Below the pieces are notes generated by a model. That model was not told the origin of the DNA. It did no database searches and saw only the letters and a program-made list of their open reading frames with translations. DNA of 50,492 nt from the NCBI GenBank assembly GCA_038883715.1, contig JAVZLS010000010.1, positions 1 through 50,492 on the forward strand, read 5' to 3'. The DNA is from Candidatus Bathyarchaeia archaeon. GTDB taxonomy: Archaea > Thermoproteota > Bathyarchaeia > Bathyarchaeales > Bathycorpusculaceae. Position numbers and translations under genes: made by a program. This document shows, in pieces, positions 38,236 to 47,679 of this stretch (its first letter is position 1; each line of letters begins with the position of its first letter).

Positions 38236-38604
38236 ATGCCTAAAAAAGCACGTAAATTGATGATAACCCGCCGAATAGCCGAACTCCGCCAAGAATTCCA
38301 GATAAACACGCAGCAACTGCGAACAAAAACCATCCAGAACCTCCAAGAGCTTTTCAACATTGCCATGTCCCTAGCGAAAGGCGAAGTAAAAACCCAAACA
38401 GCCAATGGAAAAACCGAGAAAATAACCCTAAAACAAAGGCAAATGTGGGCACGCATAGCCACATACATCGCCCAAACTATAAACAGCATCTCCAACACCT
38501 TCGACGAGCGCAAAATTGACGAAGACTTGGCTAAACTGGAGGAACTAATAAATGAAGCAGCGGCAAAAACAAAAACTCCGCCAACTGGAACAGGCGCTTG
38601 CTGA
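38236..38604 (+). CDS. Putative terminase small subunit
   Basis: 122 aa, helical and basic, directly upstream of and overlapping TerL; positional call only. Confidence 0.5.
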   Translation: MPKKARKLMITRRIAELRQEFQINTQQLRTKTIQNLQELFNIAMSLAKGEVKTQTANGKTEKITLKQRQMWARIATYIAQTINSISNTFDERKIDEDLAKLEELINEAAAKTKTPPTGTGAC

Positions 38605-39916
38605 AGCCCTAACGCCGCCCATACCAGCAGACCCAATAGAATTCTGCACCCAAATCCTAGGCTTCCAACCAACCCAGTACCAAACAGACCTAATCCGCCA
38701 GTTCCAAACCAGCCAATTCACAGCCGCCAGATGGTGCCGCCAAAGCGGAAAAACCCAAACAGTATCCGCCCTGCTGCTACACTACGCACTAACAAACCCA
38801 AACACGCAGATAGGCATAGTTGGACCAAGCTGGCGCCAAACAAAACACGTTATTAGACGGATAAACGCGCTCCTAAAAAGGCTCCCAAAAGGCTTATACG
38901 AAAAACCCCAGCAAACGGCGGTACGCCTAAAAAACGGAAGCATAATAGAGGCTTATCCGAACAATCCGGAAACAATACGCGGACCAACACTAAACGTGGT
39001 CTACGCAGACGAATTCAATTTTATACCAAACGACAAAGAACTCTACGACGCCATACTCTTTACATTAAGCGCCACCAACGGAAAATTCATATGCACATCA
39101 ACGCCATGGCACACAGACAGCATTTTTTGGCGGATTTGGCATGACCCAGCCTACAGCGATTATGCGAAAAGCCACGTCACCCACCAACAAGCCACAGAAC
39201 CCAACGGACCATTAAAACGCGAAATCCTACAAAAGATTAGGCGCCAGCTGGAAAACGACCAGTGGCGATGGCAACGCGAAATGCAAGCAGAATGGGCAGA
39301 AGACCAAAACACATGGCTAACCCAAACCCTAATAGTAGCCTGTATAGACCCAACCCTAGAATACTCAGCCTACAACAAACCCGCCCAAGGACGGTTCTAC
39401 GCAGGACTAGACCTAGGAAAACACCAAGACCCCAGCGTATTGGCAGTACTAAACCAAGAACAAGACAACACCCTAAGGCTAGTACACATGCATAGATTCC
39501 CACTAAAAACGCCATACGCCACAGTAATAGGCTATACAAAAACCCTATGCGAAAAATGGCAAACCACCCAAAAACTCCTAGTGGACATGACAGGAGTAGG
39601 CGAATACATAGTAGAAGACATGAAAAACACAGGCATGAACACCCAAATAGAGGGCATAAAATTCACCCAAGAAACAAAAGAGCAACTTGCCAACAACCTA
39701 AAACAACTCATGACTGAAAAGCGCCTAAAAATTCCCTACGACCCAGAACTAATAGCAGAACTAAACACAGAACGCTACCAACTAACAAAAGAAGGCAAAA
39801 TACGCCTAACCCACCCAGAAGGCACCCACGACGACCGCTTCTGGAGCCTAGCACTAGCAGCATACGCCCCAAAAACCCAACCGCCAACACCCGCCCTATG
39901 GATAGTGCCAAAATGA
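38552..39916 (+). CDS. terL: Terminase large subunit
   Basis: PTQYQ, Walker A RQSGKT, Walker B VVYADE, STP coupling motif, nuclease GLDLG..D and HDDRFWSLALA. Confidence 0.93.
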   Translation: MKQRQKQKLRQLEQALAEALTPPIPADPIEFCTQILGFQPTQYQTDLIRQFQTSQFTAARWCRQSGKTQTVSALLLHYALTNPNTQIGIVGPSWRQTKHVIRRINALLKRLPKGLYEKPQQTAVRLKNGSIIEAYPNNPETIRGPTLNVVYADEFNFIPNDKELYDAILFTLSATNGKFICTSTPWHTDSIFWRIWHDPAYSDYAKSHVTHQQATEPNGPLKREILQKIRRQLENDQWRWQREMQAEWAEDQNTWLTQTLIVACIDPTLEYSAYNKPAQGRFYAGLDLGKHQDPSVLAVLNQEQDNTLRLVHMHRFPLKTPYATVIGYTKTLCEKWQTTQKLLVDMTGVGEYIVEDMKNTGMNTQIEGIKFTQETKEQLANNLKQLMTEKRLKIPYDPELIAELNTERYQLTKEGKIRLTHPEGTHDDRFWSLALAAYAPKTQPPTPALWIVPK

Positions 39917-41379
39917 AACGCCAAAGCGAAACCTTCCAAATCCAAAAAATAAAACGCCGATACGACCAAAAAACAGGCAAATTCATAATAAACATAGCCT
40001 ACAAAACAGCCCCACCAAAACCAACAAAACGCGTCCAAGCCATAGCAGAAGCCTTCGGACTAGGCATAGACCAAACAACAAAATTCACCATATACGAAAA
40101 CCTAGAACTAAAAATAGGAGTGGGCGACATAGTCTACATAACAGGCGAAAGCGGCTCAGGAAAAAGCATCCTTTTAAAGGCCCTAGAAAAAGACATCCGA
40201 AAACACACGCCCTACACATGCATAAATATCAAGCAAATAAAAACCCCACCCAAAAAGCCCATAATAGAAACAGTGGGCAAAACCTTCCAACAAGCCCTAG
40301 AACTCCTAAGCCTAGTAGGCCTAAACGACGCCTTCCTATTCCTCCGCACCTATCGGCAACTCAGCGAAGGACAAAAATACCGATACAAAATCGCCAAACT
40401 AATAGAAAGCCAAGCCCAATTCTGGATACTAGACGAGTTCGCAGCAACCCTAGACCGCGACACAGCAAAAATAGTGGCATACAACCTCCAAAAAACAGCA
40501 AGACGCATGGGAAAAACAGTTATAGCCGCCACAACCCACACAGACCTCCACGAAGACCTAAACCCATCAGTCCACATCCACAAAAAATTCGGCAAAGAAA
40601 TAACAGTCCACCACCAACCAAACACACCAGCAAAAGAATGCAGCCTAACCCGAGAAATACACATAGAACAAGGCACAAAAGCCGACTACAAGGCTTTAAG
40701 CCAATTCCACTACCGCTCAAGCCACCTGCCACCGCCAAGAAAAATCTTCGCCATGAAACGCGAAGAAGAAACATGCGGAGTAATCGTCTACAGCCACCCG
40801 CCGCCAACAATGTTCGGCAGAAGCCAAGTCTGGAAAGGAAACCACCAACAACTCCAAGAACAAGTCAGCACAATAACCCGAGTAATAATACACCCAAAAT
40901 ACCGCGCAATAGGCTTAGGCACAAAACTCGTCAAAGAAACCCTACAATTAGCTGGAACACCCTACGTGGAAACACTGGCAGTTATGGCAAAATACAACCC
41001 CTTCTTTGAAAGGGCTGGAATGCAAAAAATAGCCGAAAGCAAACCCAACCCCCATCTGCAAAAAGCCACAGAAAAGCTGGAAGCCCTAGGATTCAAGCCC
41101 TACATGCTCCAAAACCAAAAATACAACATGGAAAAGATAAGCGAAATCGGCAGAAGCGAGATCATAAAAATCCTAACCGAACTTTCAGAGAAAGGCGTCA
41201 TCCCAAGAAAAAGAATCATATCAGCAAGCAAAACCTACCCAAGCCACACGGAATTCAAAGAAAAAATAGAAAAGCTAAACAGTGAAGGGCTGGCAAAAGT
41301 GCTGAAAAGGCTAAGCTTCCTAATGCAAACAAAAGTTTACCTTTTCTGGGCTAAAGACTGGCTTAACGCCGGGAAGTAG
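39913..41379 (+). CDS. ABC-type ATPase fused to GNAT acetyltransferase
   Basis: GESGSGKS, LSEGQK, WILDEF, TTH; then FHYRS and RVIIHPKYRAIGLGTKLV; ATGA-coupled to terL. Confidence 0.85.
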   Translation: MKRQSETFQIQKIKRRYDQKTGKFIINIAYKTAPPKPTKRVQAIAEAFGLGIDQTTKFTIYENLELKIGVGDIVYITGESGSGKSILLKALEKDIRKHTPYTCINIKQIKTPPKKPIIETVGKTFQQALELLSLVGLNDAFLFLRTYRQLSEGQKYRYKIAKLIESQAQFWILDEFAATLDRDTAKIVAYNLQKTARRMGKTVIAATTHTDLHEDLNPSVHIHKKFGKEITVHHQPNTPAKECSLTREIHIEQGTKADYKALSQFHYRSSHLPPPRKIFAMKREEETCGVIVYSHPPPTMFGRSQVWKGNHQQLQEQVSTITRVIIHPKYRAIGLGTKLVKETLQLAGTPYVETLAVMAKYNPFFERAGMQKIAESKPNPHLQKATEKLEALGFKPYMLQNQKYNMEKISEIGRSEIIKILTELSEKGVIPRKRIISASKTYPSHTEFKEKIEKLNSEGLAKVLKRLSFLMQTKVYLFWAKDWLNAGK

Positions 41380-42211
41380 CCCAATTTTGATGTATAACCT
41401 TCTCCACATACAACTTAGATATCAAATCAGCGTTAATCCCCGTATCCTCCTCAATTTTCCGGAAAACCTCACGCCCCAAAGCCTGCAAAGCCCGCAGCCG
41501 CCTCTTAAAATCCACCAGTGAAAGCTCGCCGGTCCTTAAAGCCTCCTTAATTAGCCTCCCGTAATTTTTCGGCAGCCACTTTAGGCTATATGAGTAGAAA
41601 AGCCTCCATTTGGGCGCGGGCAAAAACTCCCTGTTTAAAGCGAATATTAACCTAATCAGCAACTCAACCCCATAGTTTAGGCAGTAATGGGCGCTTTTTA
41701 AATCACCCCTTTTAATCCAAACCTCCGCCAAGGTGCCAGCGCCCTTCCTAACTGGACAGCAGTACCATTTCAAGTATTCAGCACAAACAACAATACGCTT
41801 TTTCCAAAAGTTTTCAGAAACCTTTAGCTTCTCATCTAAAACTTTTCTTACTTCCCTGTTTGGGTCGAAGACTACTTCGGCTTTTGAAAATTCCCATCTA
41901 TCCGCATCATCCCAGCCATACGCCCTAAAATCCTCAATAAAATGAATTTCAAAGTCTATTTCAACGCGGTGGCAACGTTCCATATTCCGCCAAAGCCTAA
42001 CTAGCTTCCTCTTCAAGTTTTCATTCCTATTTTTAAGGAGCACTACAACGTCCAAGTCTGAAAACTTGTCAACAAACCCTCTAACCAAACCACCTAGAAA
42101 AAGGATGCCAGCCACGCCTTCATGGGCTGCTATTTGAGAGGCAAAATCAGCCGCAACTTTTCTGAACTTTTTTATACGGTTTTTCCCTTTAAGCCTTAAA
42201 GCCATTTCCAA
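41363..42211 (-). CDS. Nucleotidyltransferase domain protein with helical C-domain (DUF4037-like)
   Basis: LGGLVRGFVDKFSDLDVVV and FALNREFLPAPKW motifs. Confidence 0.75.
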   Translation of the reverse strand: MEMALRLKGKNRIKKFRKVAADFASQIAAHEGVAGILFLGGLVRGFVDKFSDLDVVVLLKNRNENLKRKLVRLWRNMERCHRVEIDFEIHFIEDFRAYGWDDADRWEFSKAEVVFDPNREVRKVLDEKLKVSENFWKKRIVVCAEYLKWYCCPVRKGAGTLAEVWIKRGDLKSAHYCLNYGVELLIRLIFALNREFLPAPKWRLFYSYSLKWLPKNYGRLIKEALRTGELSLVDFKRRLRALQALGREVFRKIEEDTGINADLISKLYVEKVIHQNWATSRR

Positions 42212-42311
42212 ACCATCTAACTGTTTAGTTTCTATTTGAATTTTTAATTCATAAAGCCTTTTTGAAACTCAACCGTTTTTTAGCCTTGAAAGGCGACATG
42301 GTGCGTTATAA

Positions 42312-42557
42312 TTGAAGGCGGAGTCAGCAATAGTTGTAGCAGTTGCAATCTGCCTCTTCCTAACTTTCTACTTTTCATATTTATCCCTACAAGCCTTTGA
42401 CGACACCTTAAAAAAGCAGTTTATCTTACTCGCCTTAGCGTCCCTCCTAGCTGGAGCAGTAATATTCGGCTGTCTAACAATTTACCTTGGAATAAAAAAG
42501 ATCTTCATTAAAACCGAGCTAAGCGGAATTCAAGAACTGCAAGAAAGCGAAGACTAA
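42312..42557 (+). CDS. Small two-TM membrane protein
   Basis: Two hydrophobic helices in 81 aa. Confidence 0.55.
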   Translation: MKAESAIVVAVAICLFLTFYFSYLSLQAFDDTLKKQFILLALASLLAGAVIFGCLTIYLGIKKIFIKTELSGIQELQESED

Positions 42558-42618
42558 TAGTCAATTCTAATGCCAAATTTTTTATTCTAAATCCTATGAT
42601 TATGCTGATTGGTGGAAA

Positions 42619-43996
42619 TTGTGGCTGTTGAAGTTTTTGAAGGAAAGCCTCAAAAAACACGTGGAAGGTTATGTGGAACTGCGATACCATAAAAGACAAG
42701 CCTTCAACATTTCCGTTAAGGATGGAAAAATCGACGTGTTGAACAGCGGAGCTGTGGAGGGTGTATGTGCAAGGGTTCTTATAGATGGAAGCTGGGGTTT
42801 CGCCTCTTCAACAACGCTTGAGAAGGAGAAAATTGCTAAAATGTTAAAGGATGCTTCTTCCCTTGCTAGGTCTTCAAAGCCAAAAAAGAAACGCGCCGTG
42901 AAACTTGCGAGCCTAAAACCATACGTGGACAAGTATGAAACTCCAATGAAGAAAGACCCCGAAAAAGCGGACAGAGAAGAGCTTGTAAGCCTAGTCATAG
43001 ACGTGGACAAAGCCGTTAGGGACTTCTCCAAAACAATAGTTTCCGACACTGTAACCTTCAACATTGTTGACGACAACCTAGCCTTCCTAAACTCTGAGGG
43101 CTCCGAAATTCACCAGCGGATAGTGCGGTGCTTTGGAAGCGTAATGGTTGTCGCCAAAGAAAAAGGGAAACATCGCCTCTGCCTACGAAAGCATTGGTGA
43201 ACAATCTGGATTAGAGGTTTTGGAGAAAACGCCGTTAATGAATGCTGGCTTAACAGCTGCTGAGAGAGCGAGTAAACTTGTTTCAGCAAAAGTGGCGCCC
43301 GCGGGATATCATCAAGTAATTCTCGAAAACCGCATTGTTGGATTATTAGCCCACGAGGCTGTTGGACACTGTGCAGAGGCAGATCTCGTTTTCGGCGGAA
43401 GCTTCCTAGCCAACAAGATAGGCGAAAAGGTTGCCTCTGAAAAGGTAACTCTGGTTGATGATGGAGTATATCCAAACGGTTTTGGAACAATGAAGTATGA
43501 TGATGAGGGTGTGCCAACGCAGAAAACGGTCATAATAGAGAAAGGCGTCTGCAAAAGTTTTCTGCACTCCCGTGAAACAGCCCAACATTTCGGGGTCAGC
43601 CCAACCGGAAACGCCCGTGCATGGACCTTTGAATACGACCCAATCATAAGGATGAGGAACACCTACATCGAAAAAGGCGATTACACATTAGAGGAGCTTG
43701 CAGAAGACATAGAAGAGGGCTTCTTCCTAAAGGGCGGGCTTTCGGGGCAAGCTGACTTCAATGGAGAATTCATGTTCGGCACACAAGAAGCCATAAGAAT
43801 AAAAAACGGCGAATTCGCCGAATCCCTTCGAGGCGTGACGATAAGCGGAAACGCCTTCGAAGTTCTAAAAAATGTGGACGCTATAGGAAAAGACTTCATA
43901 ATGCGTGTAGGCTTATGCGGTAAAGAACAGATAAACTACGTTGGCATGGGCGGGGCAAGCCTAAGAACAAAAGTTTTGATAGGGGGAGCCAAATGA
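42619..43996 (+). pseudogene. tldD: TldD-family protease split by a frameshift at ~43160-43171 (pseudogene or sequence error)
   Basis: N-half (GSWGFAS) is in ORF 42619-43200, C-half (HEAVGH, DDEG, RMRNT, CGK) is in ORF 43148-43996; one extra base in AAAAAGGGAAAC. Confidence 0.8.
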
Positions 43997-45342
43997 GCCT
44001 TCTAGATTTTGCAGAATTAGCCGTTAAAGTATGCCAGAAACTCGGAGCAGACGAGGCTGAAGCCTTCGTACAAAATCAGCAAATAGTAGAAGTTGTCCTT
44101 GAAAGGGCTGAAATCCAAAATGAACGCTTCAAAACCCAAAGCGGCATAGGCATACGCATAATAAAAGACAAGAAACTTGGCTTCGCCTTCGCATCAAAAC
44201 TCTCAAAAGAAAGCATAGAGGAAACCTGCAAGGCCGCCATAAGCCTAGCAAAGTTTTCGGTGCCAAACCCTGAATGGGTTTCCCTTCCAACAAAAGAGAG
44301 GCTCCCAAAAACTCCAAAGGGCATATTCGACCCAGAAATCGCCAACATTAGCGCAGACAAAATGCTAAGTCTCGTCATCAACGCCTATGATGCAGCGAAA
44401 GGCTACGACAAACGCGTGGACATCGACGATGGAAAGTTCTCTGCAATCCTAAACGAAATAACAGTCGCCAATTCCCACGGAGTTGAAGTTCAAGAAAAAA
44501 CAACCCGTATTGAGGGATATTTAGTCTGCGTGGCAAAGGAACGCGGCGAAACATCAAGCATGGCATATGAATATGATGCCTCCACAATGCTGGAGGAATT
44601 TTCACCAGAAAAAATTGGAAGAACAGCCGCAGAAAAAGCCCTATCCTCCCTCCATCCAAAGACAATTAAATCCTTCACCGGAAAAGTCATCTTTGACTCA
44701 GATCCAGCCTCCTTCATACTATTTTACCCGGTTATCAGCAGTGTGAACGCCGACAACGTGCAAAGGGGAAGAAGCCTATGGGCTGGAAAAGTCGGCGAAA
44801 AAGTGGCGGCGCCAAAACTTACGGTTTTTGATGATGGTTTAATGCCAAAGGGAATAGGCTCCCTAAACTTCGATTTTGAAGGCGTTCCAAGACAAAAAAC
44901 GCCAATAATAACGCGTGGCAAGCTTGAAGGCTTCATACACAACTCCTACACAGCAAATAAGGAAGGAAGAAAATCAACCGGAAACGCCTATAGAGAAAGT
45001 TACACTATGCTTCCAACAGTGGCGCCTTCAAACCTCGTGGTCAAAGCCGGAAAAAGAAAGCTTGAAGATCTCATAGCCGAAGTTGACAAGGGCATAATTG
45101 TCCGACGCTTTAGCGGCAACGTCCGACCGGACAGCGGAGAATTCTCAGGAATAGCCAAACAAGCAAGCTACATAGAAAAAGGACAAATCAAACATGCACT
45201 AGGAGAGACTATGATTTCGGGCAACGCCTTCCAAGCACTACAAGACATAATCGAAATGGGATGCGAAATTCGCCCAACAGAAATACGCGCCTATACGCCG
45301 CCAATACTCGTGGACAACATCCACATAATCTCAAAACAATAA
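43993..45342 (+). CDS. tldE: TldE/PmbA-family protein
   Basis: GADEAEAF, FDFEG, STGNA and SGEFS motifs. Confidence 0.88.
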   Translation: MSLLDFAELAVKVCQKLGADEAEAFVQNQQIVEVVLERAEIQNERFKTQSGIGIRIIKDKKLGFAFASKLSKESIEETCKAAISLAKFSVPNPEWVSLPTKERLPKTPKGIFDPEIANISADKMLSLVINAYDAAKGYDKRVDIDDGKFSAILNEITVANSHGVEVQEKTTRIEGYLVCVAKERGETSSMAYEYDASTMLEEFSPEKIGRTAAEKALSSLHPKTIKSFTGKVIFDSDPASFILFYPVISSVNADNVQRGRSLWAGKVGEKVAAPKLTVFDDGLMPKGIGSLNFDFEGVPRQKTPIITRGKLEGFIHNSYTANKEGRKSTGNAYRESYTMLPTVAPSNLVVKAGKRKLEDLIAEVDKGIIVRRFSGNVRPDSGEFSGIAKQASYIEKGQIKHALGETMISGNAFQALQDIIEMGCEIRPTEIRAYTPPILVDNIHIISKQ

Positions 45343-45355
45343 CTGCCCTAAAGCC

Positions 45356-45826
45356 ATGTCCCAGATAAAAATCTTCAATTTCACCGAAGAGCAAATACAA
45401 GAACTCAGAACTTTAAAGAAACTTTGTGATACAGAGTTAGGCTGGGAACCTCCACAAGAGTATTTAGATGAGTGGGCTAAGGCGGTTTTAGGAATAAGCC
45501 ACCACGACAAAAATCTCGTTAAAACTGCATGTATTAACGGTAAAATTATTGGCTATTGTGTTGCTGTTAAAAAATTGCATAATTACGAAGGGGTAGTAAT
45601 GGATATCACGTGGAAAACAGCGTACATATGGGACCTTTATGTCGCTAAGGAATACAGAAATATAGGCGTGGGAACAGCCCTTCTCGAAAATACAATAGCC
45701 TATTTAAAGTCTATAGGGGTTGAAAAGGTTGGCCTCCTTGTCAACTATTGGAACGAAAACGCCAAGAAACTTTTTGAAAAACTTGGTTTTAAGCTTTGGA
45801 GCTATTTCATGGTGAAAAGACTCTAA
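45356..45826 (+). CDS. GNAT acetyltransferase
   Basis: LYVAKEYRNIGVGTALL and NENAKKLFEKLGF motifs. Confidence 0.88.
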   Translation: MSQIKIFNFTEEQIQELRTLKKLCDTELGWEPPQEYLDEWAKAVLGISHHDKNLVKTACINGKIIGYCVAVKKLHNYEGVVMDITWKTAYIWDLYVAKEYRNIGVGTALLENTIAYLKSIGVEKVGLLVNYWNENAKKLFEKLGFKLWSYFMVKRL

Positions 45827-46500
45827 AATGACAGGAGCCAAGGCGCAAAAGCCTTTGCCAAAACAAGTATTAGGAACGAGGAAAGGGGCACAGTAACATT
45901 ATCATCTATCGGATTTGACTCAAAATGCTCAATGAAGGAGGCCACAGCTCCCGCTATAATTCCAGCCCCGCCTAAAACTGCGCCTACCGGTATGGAGAAG
46001 GAAGCCATAGCCAAGTTTCCCCACCAAGACTTTGTCCTCCTCTTATAAAGAATGTTCCTAACAATTCCAGTTATGGCGTCCCCAACAGACATAAAAATAA
46101 CTGGTAAAACTCCAAACCAGAAGCTTTCCCCACCAGAAACAAGCCAGCCGAGGGTTATCACAACACCCCACATAATACAGAAGGAAACCTCGTAAGCGTT
46201 CTCCTCAGTCTGGAACCAGTACATAAGCTTGCCGCGCCTATGCGGCACATAGAGAAAAACAGCCAGAAGCATCGCCATGGCGAATGGAAAAATGGGCGTC
46301 TTAAAAATAAAAGGCACAAGAAAAGCCACAACTCCACCGGTCAAGATATGAATAATCTTCCGGTTATAATAGACTGCAACATAATGCCCCACACCCCGCC
46401 TAGTCAAAAAGCTGTAAAGCCTCCTAGTTAGAACTTCAGCTACAAAAATAACCCAAACAAAAAGCACAACGGTAGCAACCACTTCCTCAACAGACGTCAT
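45823..46500 (-). CDS. Dolichol/phytol kinase-like (CTP-dependent) membrane protein
   Basis: RKIIHILTGG, GDAITG, KSWWG and DDNVTVP motifs; ATG at 46500. Confidence 0.8.
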   Translation of the reverse strand: MTSVEEVVATVVLFVWVIFVAEVLTRRLYSFLTRRGVGHYVAVYYNRKIIHILTGGVVAFLVPFIFKTPIFPFAMAMLLAVFLYVPHRRGKLMYWFQTEENAYEVSFCIMWGVVITLGWLVSGGESFWFGVLPVIFMSVGDAITGIVRNILYKRRTKSWWGNLAMASFSIPVGAVLGGAGIIAGAVASFIEHFESNPIDDNVTVPLSSFLILVLAKAFAPWLLSF

Positions 46501-46554
46501 ACAAAAACAGTTTCTCATAGGCAGTATAAAAAATTGATGCCAAAACGCTGAAAA

Positions 46555-46629
46555 TGGGCCGGGCCGGATTTGAACCGGCGACCTTTCGGTTATCAGCCGA
46601 ACGCTCCAACCAAGCTGAGCTACCGGCCC
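46555..46629 (-). tRNA. tRNA-Ile(GAU)
   Basis: GGGCCGGTAGCTCAGCTTGGTTGGAGCGTTCGGCTGATAACCGAAAGGTCGCCGGTTCAAATCCGGCCCGGCCCA cloverleaf, no intron. Confidence 0.95.
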
Positions 46630-46722
46630 ACCCACAACACTAAACAGTAATAACAAACCAACATTTTTAAGGTTTTCAGAACCCTTTTAACCCATTTAAA
46701 ACATTATCTTCACAGGGAAAAG

Positions 46723-46801
46723 GGGCCCGTGGCCAAGAACGGATTAAGGCGCCGGCCTTCGGAGCCGGAGAACGTGGGTTCAAATCCCACCGGGCCCGCC
46801 A
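46723..46801 (+). tRNA. tRNA-Arg(UCG), CCA encoded
   Basis: GGGCCCG acceptor, CCGGC-CTTCGGA-GCCGG anticodon arm, GGTTCAAATCC T arm. Confidence 0.93.
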
Positions 46802-46825
46802 CCTTTTGGATTCAGAATAAAGGTG

Positions 46826-47371
46826 TTAACCTGTCAAATTTTCTCGTTTGTGAACTATTTTTCTGGCAGCTTCAAGGATTTCCAAAGCTTGTTCTTTCTT
46901 TAGTTTATATCTTTTTTCGCCTAACTCTTTTATGGCTGATTCTATGTCGGAAACTTCAATGTAACCCATGCTTAGGCTTTCCAATAAGATAGTCCAAGTG
47001 TTCCATGCTTTAAGCCCAAACATCCTTGCAAGATTTGAAAGAGCCTTCTCATCAACCAAGACTTGGGCTTTTCTATCCCTTGCAAACAATAGCGTCTCCG
47101 CATCTGCCAGCGATATGTTTTCATCCATAGCCAGCCTTTTGGAAGCCTTAGCTAAACGTTTTGGGACTTCTTCAACCTTAATCCATCCTTCTTCTATGGC
47201 TTTTCCAATTATCCTGGCATCGGAGTGACCGAGTTTGATGCCTTCGTCAACGGCTTCCCGCTTCACATTTGGAGTTATTATTACTTGGTTGAAAAGCTTC
47301 TTGAGAAGGTATAGCTTGTTTATTTGGGCTAAATGAATGAGCGGACCAGCGTCAGAAATCACGGCTGACAA
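46826..47371 (-). CDS. PIN-domain protein (DUF3368-like VapC)
   Basis: VISDAGPLIHL, ADAETL and VLVDE motifs. Confidence 0.85.
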   Translation of the reverse strand: MSAVISDAGPLIHLAQINKLYLLKKLFNQVIITPNVKREAVDEGIKLGHSDARIIGKAIEEGWIKVEEVPKRLAKASKRLAMDENISLADAETLLFARDRKAQVLVDEKALSNLARMFGLKAWNTWTILLESLSMGYIEVSDIESAIKELGEKRYKLKKEQALEILEAARKIVHKRENLTG

Positions 47372-47376
47372 AGGGG

Positions 47377-47679
47377 TTAATCTCCATACTTCGCCTTCAA
47401 ATATTCACGAATACCCTCAGAATCCCAGTTTACTGGAACGCCTTCCCGCTCCAAAATTTCAAGAAACTCCCGCAATGAAACTCCCAAAATTTCAGCCGCC
47501 CGCCCGGCCGTCACCTTGCCCTTCCGATAAAGGTCAACAACTCTTCTGCGCAATCCATCCTCAATAAACTCCTTGATAAGCGTTGAACGGTCAACATCCT
47601 CAATAACTCTCAAGGCTTCAACCCTTTCCAAATCACGCTTTGACAAGCGAACAGTAACCACGGCGCTTTTCTCCGTCAC
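47377..47679 (-). CDS. UPF0175-family antitoxin
   Basis: RHH N-terminus and LYRKGKVTAGRAAEILGVSLREF. Confidence 0.85.
   Translation of the reverse strand: MTEKSAVVTVRLSKRDLERVEALRVIEDVDRSTLIKEFIEDGLRRRVVDLYRKGKVTAGRAAEILGVSLREFLEILEREGVPVNWDSEGIREYLKAKYGD

Larger units (their letters stand above)
17316..41379 (+). mobile_element. Caudoviricetes-derived head-tail gene cluster (provirus remnant or domesticated GTA-like element); boundaries approximate
   Basis: Protease, MCP, portal, neck, tail tube, TAC, TMP, hub and terminase genes; no integrase, replication gene or att repeat seen. Confidence 0.85.

Noticed and set aside
38109-40810. Several hydrophobic antisense ORFs over terS/terL/ATPase
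   Set aside because: By-products of G+T richness on the minus strand; they overlap well-supported genes.
40218-41009. 263-aa alternative-frame ORF inside the ATPase-GNAT gene
   Set aside because: Low-complexity P/K/N/R/T product explained by T depletion (few stop codons) in the A+C-skewed region.
17200-41500. att sites, integrase or a link to the tRNA-Arg repeat for the viral-type cluster
   Set aside because: No flanking direct repeat or recombinase motif was found by eye; the tRNA repeat brackets only 46.8-48.6 kb. Short att cores could have been missed.
43165-43171. GGGAAAC as a programmed -1 frameshift in tldD
   Set aside because: The heptamer is out of phase, and rejoining the halves needs +1, not -1.
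46501-46992. N-terminal extension of the kinase-like ORF and ORF 46729-46992
   Set aside because: They run across the tRNA-Ile and tRNA-Arg genes.
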